Origin: Pseudomonadales bacterium
GTDB taxonomy: Bacteria; Pseudomonadota; Gammaproteobacteria; Pseudomonadales; UBA5518
Direction: 5' to 3'
DNA: 64,000 nt
Assembly (NCBI GenBank): GCA_022072145.1
Contig: JAJVIG010000002.1
Location: 71,517 to 135,516, forward strand
Shown piece after piece: positions 9,539-22,708 of the stretch. A program made the position numbers and the translations under genes. Every line of letters begins with the position of its first letter. The stretch's first letter is position 1. A model generated the notes under the pieces. The model was not told the DNA's origin, did not search any database, and was given only the letters and a program-made list of their open reading frames with translations.

Positions 9539-10227
9539 GCGCGCCGCGCGGCCTGCACCGCCGGGGATTGCTGGCCGGAGCGCTGCTGGTCGTGCTGCTC
9601 GGCGGCTGTTTCGCGCCGGCGCTGCTGCTGCCGTCGTCGAGCCAGCTGATGTGGGCGCTGCTGAAACCGCTGGTCGGTTTCGATCCCAACCAGGTAAAGC
9701 TGTTCGAGCAGCCGCTGTTGCGCAACCGCCTGGTCGCGTTGCTCGGGGAGCGCTACGACCCGGCGATGCGGTTGCTGCGCACCGCGAACGAGCTGCGTCG
9801 CGAGGGGCCGCTGTTCTACGTGGTGTCGCGCTACACGCCGATTCCCGAGCTCGCCGACAAGGCAGGCATGGTCTGGAATTCAGAGACCAACCAGCTGGCG
9901 GTGGCGCTGCTCAAGGGCGATGCGGCCGAGGTGCTGGCCGAGCGCGTCGAGGCGGCGGCCGACGAGCGTGTCGCGACGGCGCGCGAAGCGGCGGTCACCC
10001 AGGTCGAGCAGGCGGGCGAGGCCGCGCGTGAGCACGCCGAGGGCGCGGTGCGCGAGGCGGTGTCAGGCGTGGTGCCCGTGTGGCCGGCCGAGCTGGACTG
10101 GGCCAATCCGCGCCAGACCATCGAGCGTGCGGTGGAGCGCGAGGTCGGCGAGCGCGTGAACGACGCGCTGGACCCCGCGACCCGCGAGGAATGGGAACCC
10201 CCGGACGACGTCCTCCCCGACCCGTAG
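9535..10227 (+). CDS. hypothetical lipoprotein
   Basis: The start overlaps the upstream stop as ATGA. The signal peptide has a lipobox (LLVVLLGGC). I recognise no domain. The stop TAG lies inside a REP GTAG. Confidence 0.6.
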   Translation: MSAPRGLHRRGLLAGALLVVLLGGCFAPALLLPSSSQLMWALLKPLVGFDPNQVKLFEQPLLRNRLVALLGERYDPAMRLLRTANELRREGPLFYVVSRYTPIPELADKAGMVWNSETNQLAVALLKGDAAEVLAERVEAAADERVATAREAAVTQVEQAGEAAREHAEGAVREAVSGVVPVWPAELDWANPRQTIERAVEREVGERVNDALDPATREEWEPPDDVLPDP

Positions 10228-10347
10228 GTCCGGGCTGCGCACGGACATTGATTCGATTCGTTCGGCCGCAGGCCGAACCCACGCCTGACATTCGTTCACG
10301 TAGGTCCGGGCTGCGCCCGGACATGTTCGGCCGCAGGCCGAACCTAC
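10224..10347. repeat. REP cluster B (two units, opposite orientation to cluster D)
   Basis: The first unit is GTAGGTCCGGGCTGCGCACGGAC...GTTCGGCCGCAGGCCGAAC. The second is GTAGGTCCGGGCTGCGCCCGGACATGTTCGGCCGCAGGCCGAACCTAC. Confidence 0.9.
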
Positions 10348-11267
10348 GTTGCGTGGTCGGGTACGGGCCGAACGGGGCGTGGCGACAGGCGCAGCAGCTG
10401 GAACAGTGCCGGCGCGCCGGCGGTGAGCCACAGGCCGCCGGCGAAATTGTTGCCCCAGGCCGCGAGGTACCACGCCGTGCCACGCACCTCGGGCACCCAT
10501 TTCGCCGACTGCTCCAGCCACACCAGCAGCACCACCATGCCGAGCAGATAGCGCAGCACGCGTTGCCACAACGCGCCGCCCTCCGGCGCCTGCAGCAGGC
10601 GTGTGCAGACGATCACCCCCAGCGCGGCACCCAGCCACAGGCCCGACAGTCCGATCAGGTAGGCGGTCTTCGGCACCACGACGTAGAACAGGACGAACAG
10701 CAGCGACACGCCGAGCGCGATCGACACCTGCCCCGCGCACCCTGCGGCGGTGAGCCGCGCGGCGATCGCATCGCCGTGGCGCAGCGTTGCCCACAGGAAC
10801 GCCGCGCCCAGCAGCCAGCCACCCAGCACGTCGGTGGGGAAGTGCACCCCGAGCCAGACGCGCGAGAAACCGATCAGTGCGATCAGCGTGACGGCCAGCA
10901 GCGTGAACCAGCGGCGCTTGCACCACGCAATGATCAGTCCCCATTCGAGCAGCGTGTGCTGTGCGTGTCCGCTCGGGATGCCGTAACCCATCTCGCGTTC
11001 GGGTCCGATCGAGGGGTCCAGATCGAAGGGACGCGGCTGCGCGAACACGTCCTTCAGCGCGAAATTGACGAAGGCCGACAGCAGCAGCGCGAGCAGCAAG
11101 CGCACGCCGGTGCGGTAACCGAGGCTCCAGATCACCAGCGGGACGATGAATACGTGGCCCATGCCACCCAGTTGCGTGATCGCCTTGAAGAACGCATCGA
11201 GCGCTTCGCTGCGATTGGCCTGCAGCGCGAGAATGACCTCGACACCCCATTGCAAGACGTTTTCCAT
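10344..11267 (-). CDS. PAP2-family phosphatase (phosphatidic acid / undecaprenyl-PP phosphatase-like)
   Basis: It has the PAP2 motifs KDVFAQPRP, PSGH and SRVWLGVHFPTDV. It is a polytopic membrane protein, and AGGAG precedes the ATG. Confidence 0.85.
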   Translation of the reverse strand: MENVLQWGVEVILALQANRSEALDAFFKAITQLGGMGHVFIVPLVIWSLGYRTGVRLLLALLLSAFVNFALKDVFAQPRPFDLDPSIGPEREMGYGIPSGHAQHTLLEWGLIIAWCKRRWFTLLAVTLIALIGFSRVWLGVHFPTDVLGGWLLGAAFLWATLRHGDAIAARLTAAGCAGQVSIALGVSLLFVLFYVVVPKTAYLIGLSGLWLGAALGVIVCTRLLQAPEGGALWQRVLRYLLGMVVLLVWLEQSAKWVPEVRGTAWYLAAWGNNFAGGLWLTAGAPALFQLLRLSPRPVRPVPDHAT

Positions 11268-11294
11268 CGGGGACTCCTGCGTTCGGTCGACGGT

Positions 11295-12086
11295 TCAGAT
11301 GCCGCGTGCGCGTCGCACCTGTTCCCAGGCAGCCTGGATTTCCTGCGTGCGCTCGGTAGCCATCTTGACCATGTCCTCCGGCATGCCTTCGGCAATCAGC
11401 TTGTCCGGATGGTACTGGCTCATCAGGCGCCGGTACGCCTGCTTGACCTCGCGATCCCCGGCCGCCTCGCTGACGCCCAGCGCCTCGTAGGCGTCGGCCA
11501 GCGAGTGCGAGGGCGCGGCGCTGCCTGGCTCCCCCTGGAAGTGATCCTGCGCCTGGAACATGCGCATCATCTGTTCGAAGGCCGGTTCCGAGAAACCGAT
11601 CCGCATCGCGATGCGTCGCAGCAAGTCGTGTTCTGCGCCGGCCAGCGCACCGTCGGCCGCCGCGGTGCTGAACAGGAACATCAGCAGCATCTGGCGCAGC
11701 GCCGGGTGCGCCGCGCAATCGCGCGTGAACGCGGCGATCTGCGCATCGATGTCGAAGCCGGGGGCCGCGCCGCGCTTGAAATGCGCGATCGCCTCGCGCC
11801 GGTGATCGGCGCCGAGCCCCATGCGCGCCATCAGCTGCTCGGTGACCTCGATCTCGCGCTCGCTGACCCGCCCGTCGCTCTTCGCGATGCGCCCCATCAG
11901 CGTGAAGGTGGTGACGAAGAAGGTTTCGCGCACGCGCTGCAACTGGCCGCCGATGCGGCTGCGCAATGCGCGGAACCGGTCGACGAGGTGGCCGGCGAAG
12001 GTGCCGAGCAGCGCACCGAACGGGCCGGCGATCAGCAGGCCCAGTCCGCCGCCTACGAGCTTGCCCAGCCAGGATGGATTCTGCAT
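11295..12086 (-). CDS. djlA: co-chaperone DjlA
   Basis: It has an N-terminal TM segment, a TerB-like middle region and a C-terminal J domain (DAYEALGVSEAAGDREVKQAYRRLMSQYHPDK). Confidence 0.9.
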   Translation of the reverse strand: MQNPSWLGKLVGGGLGLLIAGPFGALLGTFAGHLVDRFRALRSRIGGQLQRVRETFFVTTFTLMGRIAKSDGRVSEREIEVTEQLMARMGLGADHRREAIAHFKRGAAPGFDIDAQIAAFTRDCAAHPALRQMLLMFLFSTAAADGALAGAEHDLLRRIAMRIGFSEPAFEQMMRMFQAQDHFQGEPGSAAPSHSLADAYEALGVSEAAGDREVKQAYRRLMSQYHPDKLIAEGMPEDMVKMATERTQEIQAAWEQVRRARGI

Positions 12087-12244
12087 ACGTTGGCCTGCCG
12101 CCAGGAATCGCGGCAGTGTACGCGATTCGCCCCGTGGGCCGGAACGCGGCGACGCCCGGGATCAAAGTTACAACGCTTTAACCACCGCCGGCCGCCAATG
12201 CGACTACGATGCCGCGACAAGCAGTAGACCGCGGGAGACACGTG

Positions 12245-13015
12245 ATGGACATCAACGGGAAGGTGGTACTGGTCACCGGCGGCGGCAGCGGCATGGGCCA
12301 GCTCGCGTGCCGCATGATGAACGAGCGCGGCGCCCGGGTGGCGGCGCTCGACGTGAACGAGGAGGGGCTCGCGCAGACCGCGCAGGGGCACGAGCGGATC
12401 ACGACGTTTCGCGTCGACGTCACCGATTTCGCCGGGGTCGACGCGACCGTGCGGCGCATCGAGGACACGCTGGGCCCGATCCACCGCGTCTACAACGCGG
12501 CGGCGATCATGCCCTTCGGCAGGGCGCTCGAGCACGCCAACGTGCAGGTACACCGCGTGATGGCGATCAACTACGGCGGACTGGTCAACATCGCCCAGGC
12601 CACGCTGCCGGCGATGGTGCGTCGCGGCAGTGGCGACTTCATCAGTTTTTCTTCGATGTCCGGCATCATCCCGACCCTGCTCACGAGCGCGTACAACGCA
12701 TCGAAGTTCGCGGTTTCCGCCTACACCGAGGTGCTGTACCACGAAAACCGCGCGAGCGGAGTGCGTTTCGCGTGCGTCTGCCCGCCGCCGGTCGCGACGC
12801 CGCTGCTGAAGCAGGGCTATGCGACCGTGATGCCGAGGACCGTCGAGTTGATGCCCCCGATCCAGCCCTCGGAGGTGCTCGATGCCATCGAGGCCTCACT
12901 GGCCGCAGGCGAGTTCTGGGTATTCCCGGGCAAGGGCACGCGTTTCGGGTATATCATGCGGCGCCTGTTCCCGAATCTGGTGTGGAACGACTGCCACAAG
13001 AAGGAAGGCTTCTGA
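12245..13015 (+). CDS. SDR-family oxidoreductase
   Basis: It has VVLVTGGGSGMG, NAA and the catalytic YNASK. GGGAGA lies upstream of ATG 12245, and the ORF is open from 12209. Confidence 0.85.
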   Translation: MDINGKVVLVTGGGSGMGQLACRMMNERGARVAALDVNEEGLAQTAQGHERITTFRVDVTDFAGVDATVRRIEDTLGPIHRVYNAAAIMPFGRALEHANVQVHRVMAINYGGLVNIAQATLPAMVRRGSGDFISFSSMSGIIPTLLTSAYNASKFAVSAYTEVLYHENRASGVRFACVCPPPVATPLLKQGYATVMPRTVELMPPIQPSEVLDAIEASLAAGEFWVFPGKGTRFGYIMRRLFPNLVWNDCHKKEGF

Positions 13016-13028
13016 AGCCAGGCGCCCG

Positions 13029-13052
13029 CAGGTTCGGCCTGTGGCCGAACCT
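13029..13052. repeat. REP cluster C (single hairpin)
   Basis: The sequence is CAGGTTCGGCCTGTGGCCGAACCT. Confidence 0.8.
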
Positions 13053-13084
13053 GTGACCCGACCAAAGCGAACCGGAGGTGATCG

Positions 13085-13999
13085 ATGACGGTGGAGCTCA
13101 AAGGCAAGCGCATTCTGGTCACCGGACCTACCGGGCAGGTCGGGCGGCCGCTGGTGGAGGCACTCGCGCCGCACAACGAGGTGTTCGCACTCGCGCGCTT
13201 CGGCAAGCCGGAGGACCGCGATGCCTTCACCGCGATCGGCGCGCACCCGATCGCGGTCGACCTCGCGGACGGGTCGCTGGACGCCGTGCCCGAAGACCCG
13301 GACTACGTGCTGAATTTCGCGGTCATGAAAACCGGCGACTGGGCCTACGATCTGCGTGCCAATGCCGAGGGCGTGGGGCGGCTGATGCTGCATTGCCGCC
13401 GCGCCAGGGCGTTCCTGCACTGCTCGTCCACGGCGGTCTACGCGTACGGCGGGCACGAGCCGCGCACCGAGGATTCGCCGCTCGGGGACAACCACCGGGT
13501 GATGCTGCCGACCTACAGCATCTCGAAGATCGCCGCCGAAACCGTCGCGCGCTTCACGGCACACGAGTTCGGCATCCCGACCACGATCGCGCGACTCAGC
13601 GTGCCGTACGGAACCCGTGGCGGCTGGCCGTGGTATCACTTGCTGATGATGCAGAACGGCGTGCCCATCGAAGTGCACCCGGAGCGTCCGAACGTCTACA
13701 ACCCGCTGCACGAGCGCGACTGCCTGGCGAAGATTCCCGGGCTGCTCGCCGCTGCCACGCCAGAAGTCACGACCGTGAATTTCGGCGGTTCGCAAGCGGT
13801 CGCGATCGAGCAGTGGTGCGCCTACCTGCAGGAGCTCACCGGTTTCGAGCCGGTGTTTCGCGAGAATCCCGAGGCCTTCGGCAGCCTGCAGATCGACACC
13901 ACGCGGATGCACGCGCTGGTCGGTCCGACCACGGTCGACTGGAAGGACGGCATGCGCGAGATGGTGCAGCTGCTGGCGCCGCAGTTGCTCGGGAACTGA
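13085..13999 (+). CDS. NAD-dependent epimerase/dehydratase family protein
   Basis: It has [15 protein letters not shown] and the catalytic YSISK. GGAGG lies upstream. Confidence 0.85.
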   Translation: MTVELKGKRILVTGPTGQVGRPLVEALAPHNEVFALARFGKPEDRDAFTAIGAHPIAVDLADGSLDAVPEDPDYVLNFAVMKTGDWAYDLRANAEGVGRLMLHCRRARAFLHCSSTAVYAYGGHEPRTEDSPLGDNHRVMLPTYSISKIAAETVARFTAHEFGIPTTIARLSVPYGTRGGWPWYHLLMMQNGVPIEVHPERPNVYNPLHERDCLAKIPGLLAAATPEVTTVNFGGSQAVAIEQWCAYLQELTGFEPVFRENPEAFGSLQIDTTRMHALVGPTTVDWKDGMREMVQLLAPQLLGN

Positions 14000-14018
14000 G
14001 CCGCCAGCGCGCCGCACC

Positions 14019-14462
14019 GTGCGTATCTGGGTCGATGCCGACGCGTGTCCCAACACGATCAAGGACATCCTGTTCCGTGCCGCGGCGCGTACCGGCATCG
14101 AGCTGACGCTGGTCGCGAACCAGGCGCTGCCGGTACCGCGCATCGCGAACGTGCGCGCGCTGCAGGTGGCCTCCGGTTTCGACGTCGCGGACAACGAGAT
14201 CGTGCGCCTGTGCGAGGCCGGTGACCTGGTCGTGACCGCCGACATTCCGCTCGCCGCCGAGGTGATCGCGAAAGGCGCCACCGCGCTGAATCCGCGCGGC
14301 GAGCTGTACACGCGCGAGAACGTGCGCGCACGGCTCAACATGCGCGACTTCCTCGACACGATGCGCGCCAGCGGCGTGCACACCGGCGGGCCGCCCGCGC
14401 TGGACCAGCGCGATCGCCAGGCCTTCGCGAACGCGCTCGACCGTTTCATCGCCCGCGCGTAG
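14019..14462 (+). CDS. yaiI: YaiI/YqxD family protein (UPF0178)
   Basis: It reads [21 protein letters not shown]...[10 protein letters not shown]. The start is GTG and the stop TAG lies inside a REP GTAG. Confidence 0.85.
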   Translation: MRIWVDADACPNTIKDILFRAAARTGIELTLVANQALPVPRIANVRALQVASGFDVADNEIVRLCEAGDLVVTADIPLAAEVIAKGATALNPRGELYTRENVRARLNMRDFLDTMRASGVHTGGPPALDQRDRQAFANALDRFIARA

Positions 14463-14579
14463 GTTCGGCCTGCGGCCGAACATTTCGGATGTCCGGGCGC
14501 AGCCCGGACCTACGAAACCCTGTCCGTGCAGGTTCGGCCTGCGGCCGAACATTTCGGATGTCCGGGCGCAGCCCGGACC
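14459..14579. repeat. REP cluster D (two identical 50-nt units, 69-nt period)
   Basis: AGGTTCGGCCTGCGGCCGAACATTTCGGATGTCCGGGCGCAGCCCGGACC occurs at 14461-14510 and again at 14530-14579. Confidence 0.95.
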
Positions 14580-14652
14580 GGGCCCGCCGGGCTGAACGCG
14601 TAGCGCCCGGATGGTAAGCTGTAACGCGAACCTGCAACTCCGGGCAACGCAC

Positions 14653-15734
14653 ATGATGCGAACGATACGATCCGCGGCCGCCAGTCTTGCCGTCGTGCTC
14701 GTCGGCGCGTGTTCCGAGTCGCCGCCGCCGCCGACGGCGCCGGCGACACAAGGGGTAGCGGAGTTGGCGACGGTCGTGGTCGAGACCGCCAGCGTCGCGC
14801 GCGAGACCACCTTCGACGGCGTCGTCGAGGCGGTGAACCAGTCGACGGTGTCGGCGCAGACCGCGGGGCGGGTGGTCGAGATGCCGGTCGACGTCGGCGA
14901 CGCGGTCGAGAAGGGCGCGGTGATCGTGCGGTTCACCGACACCGAACAGAAGGCGCGCGACGCCGCGGCCGAATCGGCGGTGAACGAGGCGCGTGCGCGA
15001 CTGGTCGAGGCCGAGGCCGAGTTCCGGCGGATCAGCGACATCTATGCCAGGAAGCTGATCGCCAGGGCGCAGTACGACCGCGCGCGGGCCGACCAGGACG
15101 CGGCGCGTGCGCGCATGAAGGCGGCCGAGGCGGCGCTCGCCGAAGCGCGTGAAGGGCTGGAGTACACGGTGATCCGCGCGCCGTACGCGGGCATCGTGGT
15201 CGAGCGCCACGTGCAGATCGGCGAGACGGTCACCGTCGGCAAGCCGCTGATGACCGGCGTGTCGCTCGAGCACCTGCGCGTGCGCGTGGACGTGCCGCAA
15301 CAGCATATCGGCGTGCTGCGCCGCCACCGCCAGGCGCGTGTGCTGCTGCCCGACGGCGCCTCGGTGAACGCCGAGGAAATGCGCATTCCACCGAACGCGG
15401 ATCCAGGCACCCAGTCCTTCCGCGTGCTGGTCACGATGCCGCCCGGCGAGCACGGTGTGTATCCGGGCGTGCTGCTGAAAGTGGCATTCGTCACCGGCAC
15501 CGAGCAGCGGCTGCTGCTGCCGCCCGCGGCGCTGGTGCGCCGCGGCGAGGTCGAGGGTGCGTACGTGGTCGCCGCCGACGGCGGGCTGTCGTTCCGCTAT
15601 CTGCGCACCGGCACGCCGACGGCGGACGGGCGCGTGCCGGTGCTCGCCGGACTCGACGACGGTGAACGCGTCGCCAGCGATCCGCAGGCCGCGGCAGCGA
15701 GCTACAAGGCGCTTCCCGTCGCGGGGTCCGCACA

Positions 15735-15738
<4 letters not shown>
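14653..15738 (+). CDS. efflux RND periplasmic adaptor (MFP) subunit
   Basis: It has a lipoprotein signal (AVVLVGAC), a coiled-coil hairpin region and barrel domains typical of HlyD/AcrA-type adaptors. The ORF is open from 14611. Confidence 0.85.
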
Positions 15739-18955
<3,217 letters not shown>

Positions 18956-18959
<4 letters not shown>

Positions 18960-19080
18960 GTTCGGCCTGCGGCCGAACGGTGTGCCGCACCAATGTCCGG
19001 GCGCAGCCCGGACCGCGCCGTAGGTTCGGCCTGCGGCCGAACGGGTTTCTCACCAATGTCCGGGCACAGCCCGGACCTAC
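18956..19080. repeat. REP cluster E (two units)
   Basis: GTAGGTTCGGCCTGCGGCCGAAC...ATGTCCGGGCGCAGCCCGGACC occurs twice. The last unit ends in CCTAC. Confidence 0.9.
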
Positions 19081-22000
19081 ACCATTGGACGATTCTGGCG
19101 CTGTTCCCCGATGCGGAGCTCCAGCCAGCGCGCGGAGAGTTTTTCGGCCAGCGAGTTCTGTTTCAGGCGTTCGTTCAGCACCTTCCAGTCAACGCAGTCG
19201 AGCGGCTGGTCCTGGTTGAAGCACGAGAACACGTAGCTGGTTTCGCCGCTGATCGGGTCGCGGTGCGGCTGCAGGCACTGGGCGCAGATCTCCTTCATCA
19301 TGCACTGCATGGGCGAGTTGATCGAACCGATCGCGAAGTGGTGCGGCTTCAGATGCTCCTTCAGCACCTCGTGGCGTGCGCGCGCCACACCCGCCATCAT
19401 GCGGTCGGAGCCGATCGCGATGATGCGGTCGGCGTCCTCGAGGCGGATCGTGCACTCGCCGAGCAGCCCCTCGGCGTAGGCGTCCATCGCCTGCACGATG
19501 TTGCCGATGAAGGTGCGATCCTGCGCGCGGCCCGGTGCGAAGCCCGGCGCCTCGTCGCAGCACCACACGATCACGTCGGCCGCGTTCTCGATCTCGGCCA
19601 CCTTGTAGCGGTCCTGCACCTTCTTGTAGCCGGCGAAATACAGCACGCGGGAGCCGGCCGCGCGCATCGCGGCGCCGATCGAGAACAGCACCGCGTTGCC
19701 CAGGCCGCCGCCGCAGAGCACCACCGTTTCATCGCCGGTGATGTGCGTGGGAGCACCGGTTGGGCCCATCAGCACCACCGGCTCGCCCGGCTGCAGCATC
19801 GCGCACAGGCTGCTCGACCCGCCCATCTCGAGCGCGATCACCGACACCAGGCCGCGCTCGGGGTCCACCCAGGCGCCGGTCATCGCGAGCCCTTCCATCT
19901 GCAGGCGCGTGCCGTGCACCACCGGCGCCAGCGTTTCGAAGTTTTGCAGCCGGTAGAACTGGCCCGGCTGGAACTTGCGCGCGGCGAGCGGCGCGTGCAG
20001 CGTCACCTCGACGATGTTCGGCGTCAGCCGTTCCACGCGGTGAACCTTCGCGAGCAGCTGCGACGCGAGTCCATCGAAGAATTCCCGGCGCGGGGTTGCG
20101 CAGGCCGGCTCGCGTTGCGCGAGCACGCGCGAGACGGTCGGGTAGCCCTGCTTGGCCGAGGCCATCGCCTTCACCACGTTGCCGAAGTACGAGGGATGTA
20201 CATCGCCGAAGTAGCTCATGAAGCGCCCGTCGGGACGCCGTGACAGCAGCACCTGCGGCGTGGCGGGCTTGGCGGCGCCGTACTCGGCCTTCACCGGGTT
20301 GCCGTTCTCGTCCACCGCGCAGAAATAGCGGCCGTCGAGCAGGTAACTCGCGGGGTGTTCGCGCGCGAGCACGGTGTTCGGCTGCGTGCCGGCGGCGACG
20401 AACACGGTGCGCGCCGGGAACCAGTGCTCGGTGCCGGTGGCGGCGCTGCGCAGCCGGATGCCGCGCGCGGCGCCGTAATGGTCCACGTCCACCGCCACCG
20501 GCGACATGCCTTCGGCGAACCACACGCCTTCCTCGAGCGCTTTCTCGATTTCCTCGTGGTTCAGCGTGTAGGCCGGGCTGTCGGTCAGCCGCCGGCGGTA
20601 GGCGATCGTCACGCCGCCCCAGTGGCGCAGCATCTCGATCACGCGCGGCTCCCGGCCGCCTGCGGCGGCGGCCTGGCGCTCCTGGCGGATCGCACGCGCA
20701 TGCGCGAGGAACTCCTCGGCGATCTCGCGCTCGTAGTCGTCCCAGCTGGCGCGGATCGTGTCTTCGTCGATCTCCTCCGTGAGCGCCTCGTAGCGCGCGA
20801 GGAACTTCTCGACCTGCACCGCGTAGTAGGCCATCGACTCGGTGGCGGTATCGATCGCCGTGAGGCCACCACCGATCACCACCACCGGCAGGCGCAGCTG
20901 CATGTTGGCGATCGAGTCGGCCTTCGCCGCGCCGGTCAGTTGCAGGGCCATCAGGAAATCCGAGGCCGCGCGCACGCCGCGCGCAAGCCCGTTCGGGATG
21001 TCGAGCACGGTGGGACCGCCGGCACCGACGCACAGCGCGATGTGGTCGAATCCCATGGCCCACGCGTCCTCGGGCGTCAGCGTGCCGCCGAAGCGCACGC
21101 CGCCGAACATCGCGAACTCCGTCCTGCGCTCGACCAGCAGGCGCAGCAGCTTCAGGAAGTTCTTGTCCCAGCGCACCGTGATGCCGTATTCGGCCACGCC
21201 GCCGAAGCCCGCCATCACGCGCGCATCCAGCGGTTCGATCAGTGCGTCGACGTCGCGCACCGGCTCGAACGCCACGCGCCGACCCTCGATGTCCACGCCC
21301 GACAGCGTGCCCGGCAAGGGTTCGATCTTGAGTCCGTCGATGCCGACCACGGTATGGCCGTCGTTCATCAGGTGGTGCGCCAGCGTGAAACCCGCCGGTC
21401 CGAGCCCGACCACCAGCACCTTGCGGCCGCTGGCCGGCAAAGGCAGCGGGCGGTGCAGGTTGAGCGGATTCCAGCGCGTCAGCAGCGAATAGATCTCGAA
21501 ACCCCACGGCAGCCCGAGCACATCCTTGACCGTGCGCGTCTCGGCCTGCGGAATGTCCACCGGCTGCTGCTTCTGGTAGATGCACGCCTTCATGCAGTCG
21601 TTGCAGATGCGGTGGCCGGTGCCGGCGACCATCGGGTTGTCGACCACGATCATCGCCAGCGCCGCGATCGGCTCACCGCGCGTCTTGACGAGGTGGAATT
21701 CGGAGATCTTCTGCTCCAGCGGGCAACCGGCCAGCGTGACGCCGAGCGGCGACTTGCGAAACGGCGCGCTCGCCGGGTCCGCGCCCTTGGGCGCCTTCTC
21801 GCGCAGTCCGCGCGAGCACGAGTCCTTGCCCTGGTTGTGGCACCAGATGCAGTAGTTGGCCTCGTCCAGCGCACCGCAGAGATCGGTGCCGTGGTCGGTC
21901 AGCGCGAAACCCTCGCGCCGGCGCAGGTGGTCGATGCTGTGGCGCGTGAAGCCCAGCGTCTCGCGGGTCACGATCGGCACCAGGTTCTGGTAATCGAGTT

Positions 22001-22556
22001 TCGCTGGCGTCTTGAACAGCACGCCGCCGCGGTGGCGCGCCCGCCCCGCCTCGGTGGTCGCGGCCCACGCCGCGTAGCGTGCCGCCAGCGCCAGTTGCGC
22101 TGCGTGGGCGGCCTCGTCCTGCTGCCACGCCGTGATGCGGCGTGCGAACTCGAGTTCGGCGAACGGACCGTCGAGCAGTTCGCGTTCGGCGGCGTCCGGA
22201 TCGAAGCCCTCGAGCTCCGCGGGCTTGACCTTCAGCAGCGCATGGCGCTGTACGAACAGCCGCTTCACGCTGAACACCGGCGCGAGCTCGTGGTGCGCTG
22301 CGGCCAGCGCGGAGGCTTCGGCCTCGATGCCGAACAGCCGCGCGACGAAATCCTCGAGGTGCGGCGCGAGCGCGATCAGCAGTTCCGACTCCGCCTTGTG
22401 CGCGAGCTCGTCGGGGGTGGCGCGCGCGGCGAGTAGTGCCGCGTGCAGCGGTTCGTCGACGCCGGCAAGGTGCGCGAGGAACGCCGCGTCGACACGCTGC
22501 AGCCCTTCCGGGCGGTGCAGATCGGCGAATTCCAGGTCGTGGGCGAGCTTCAGCAT
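19077..22556 (-). CDS. large FAD/NAD(P)-dependent oxidoreductase, a fusion of GltD-like and PyrK/ferredoxin-reductase-like modules
   Basis: It has Cys clusters CIWCHNQGKDSC and CNDCMKAC and a dinucleotide fold KVLVVGLGPAGF. The C-terminal FNR-like module (RVERLTPNIVEVTL...GQFYRL) ends with the Cys cluster CMMKEICAQC...SCF. Confidence 0.75.
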   Translation of the reverse strand: MLKLAHDLEFADLHRPEGLQRVDAAFLAHLAGVDEPLHAALLAARATPDELAHKAESELLIALAPHLEDFVARLFGIEAEASALAAAHHELAPVFSVKRLFVQRHALLKVKPAELEGFDPDAAERELLDGPFAELEFARRITAWQQDEAAHAAQLALAARYAAWAATTEAGRARHRGGVLFKTPAKLDYQNLVPIVTRETLGFTRHSIDHLRRREGFALTDHGTDLCGALDEANYCIWCHNQGKDSCSRGLREKAPKGADPASAPFRKSPLGVTLAGCPLEQKISEFHLVKTRGEPIAALAMIVVDNPMVAGTGHRICNDCMKACIYQKQQPVDIPQAETRTVKDVLGLPWGFEIYSLLTRWNPLNLHRPLPLPASGRKVLVVGLGPAGFTLAHHLMNDGHTVVGIDGLKIEPLPGTLSGVDIEGRRVAFEPVRDVDALIEPLDARVMAGFGGVAEYGITVRWDKNFLKLLRLLVERRTEFAMFGGVRFGGTLTPEDAWAMGFDHIALCVGAGGPTVLDIPNGLARGVRAASDFLMALQLTGAAKADSIANMQLRLPVVVIGGGLTAIDTATESMAYYAVQVEKFLARYEALTEEIDEDTIRASWDDYEREIAEEFLAHARAIRQERQAAAAGGREPRVIEMLRHWGGVTIAYRRRLTDSPAYTLNHEEIEKALEEGVWFAEGMSPVAVDVDHYGAARGIRLRSAATGTEHWFPARTVFVAAGTQPNTVLAREHPASYLLDGRYFCAVDENGNPVKAEYGAAKPATPQVLLSRRPDGRFMSYFGDVHPSYFGNVVKAMASAKQGYPTVSRVLAQREPACATPRREFFDGLASQLLAKVHRVERLTPNIVEVTLHAPLAARKFQPGQFYRLQNFETLAPVVHGTRLQMEGLAMTGAWVDPERGLVSVIALEMGGSSSLCAMLQPGEPVVLMGPTGAPTHITGDETVVLCGGGLGNAVLFSIGAAMRAAGSRVLYFAGYKKVQDRYKVAEIENAADVIVWCCDEAPGFAPGRAQDRTFIGNIVQAMDAYAEGLLGECTIRLEDADRIIAIGSDRMMAGVARARHEVLKEHLKPHHFAIGSINSPMQCMMKEICAQCLQPHRDPISGETSYVFSCFNQDQPLDCVDWKVLNERLKQNSLAEKLSARWLELRIGEQRQNRPMV

Positions 22557-22708
22557 GGCGGGGTCCCGGGCGGCTACTGCGAGCAGGAACTATACGGGCG
22601 GCGATGCGGCGGATTCAATCGCGCGCCCGGTGTGCCGGGCATTGCCTCGGCACGGCTGCTGGGGCAAGGTGCACGCTTTTCCGGTCTCATTCCGTCGAGA
22701 GGAACCCA

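Noticed and set aside
14459-14579. The repeat clusters as possible CRISPR arrays
   Set aside because: The units are palindromic hairpins of two alternating types, with only 1-3 copies per site, variable short linkers rather than unique 30-40-nt spacers, and no cas genes. They fit REP/BIME elements.
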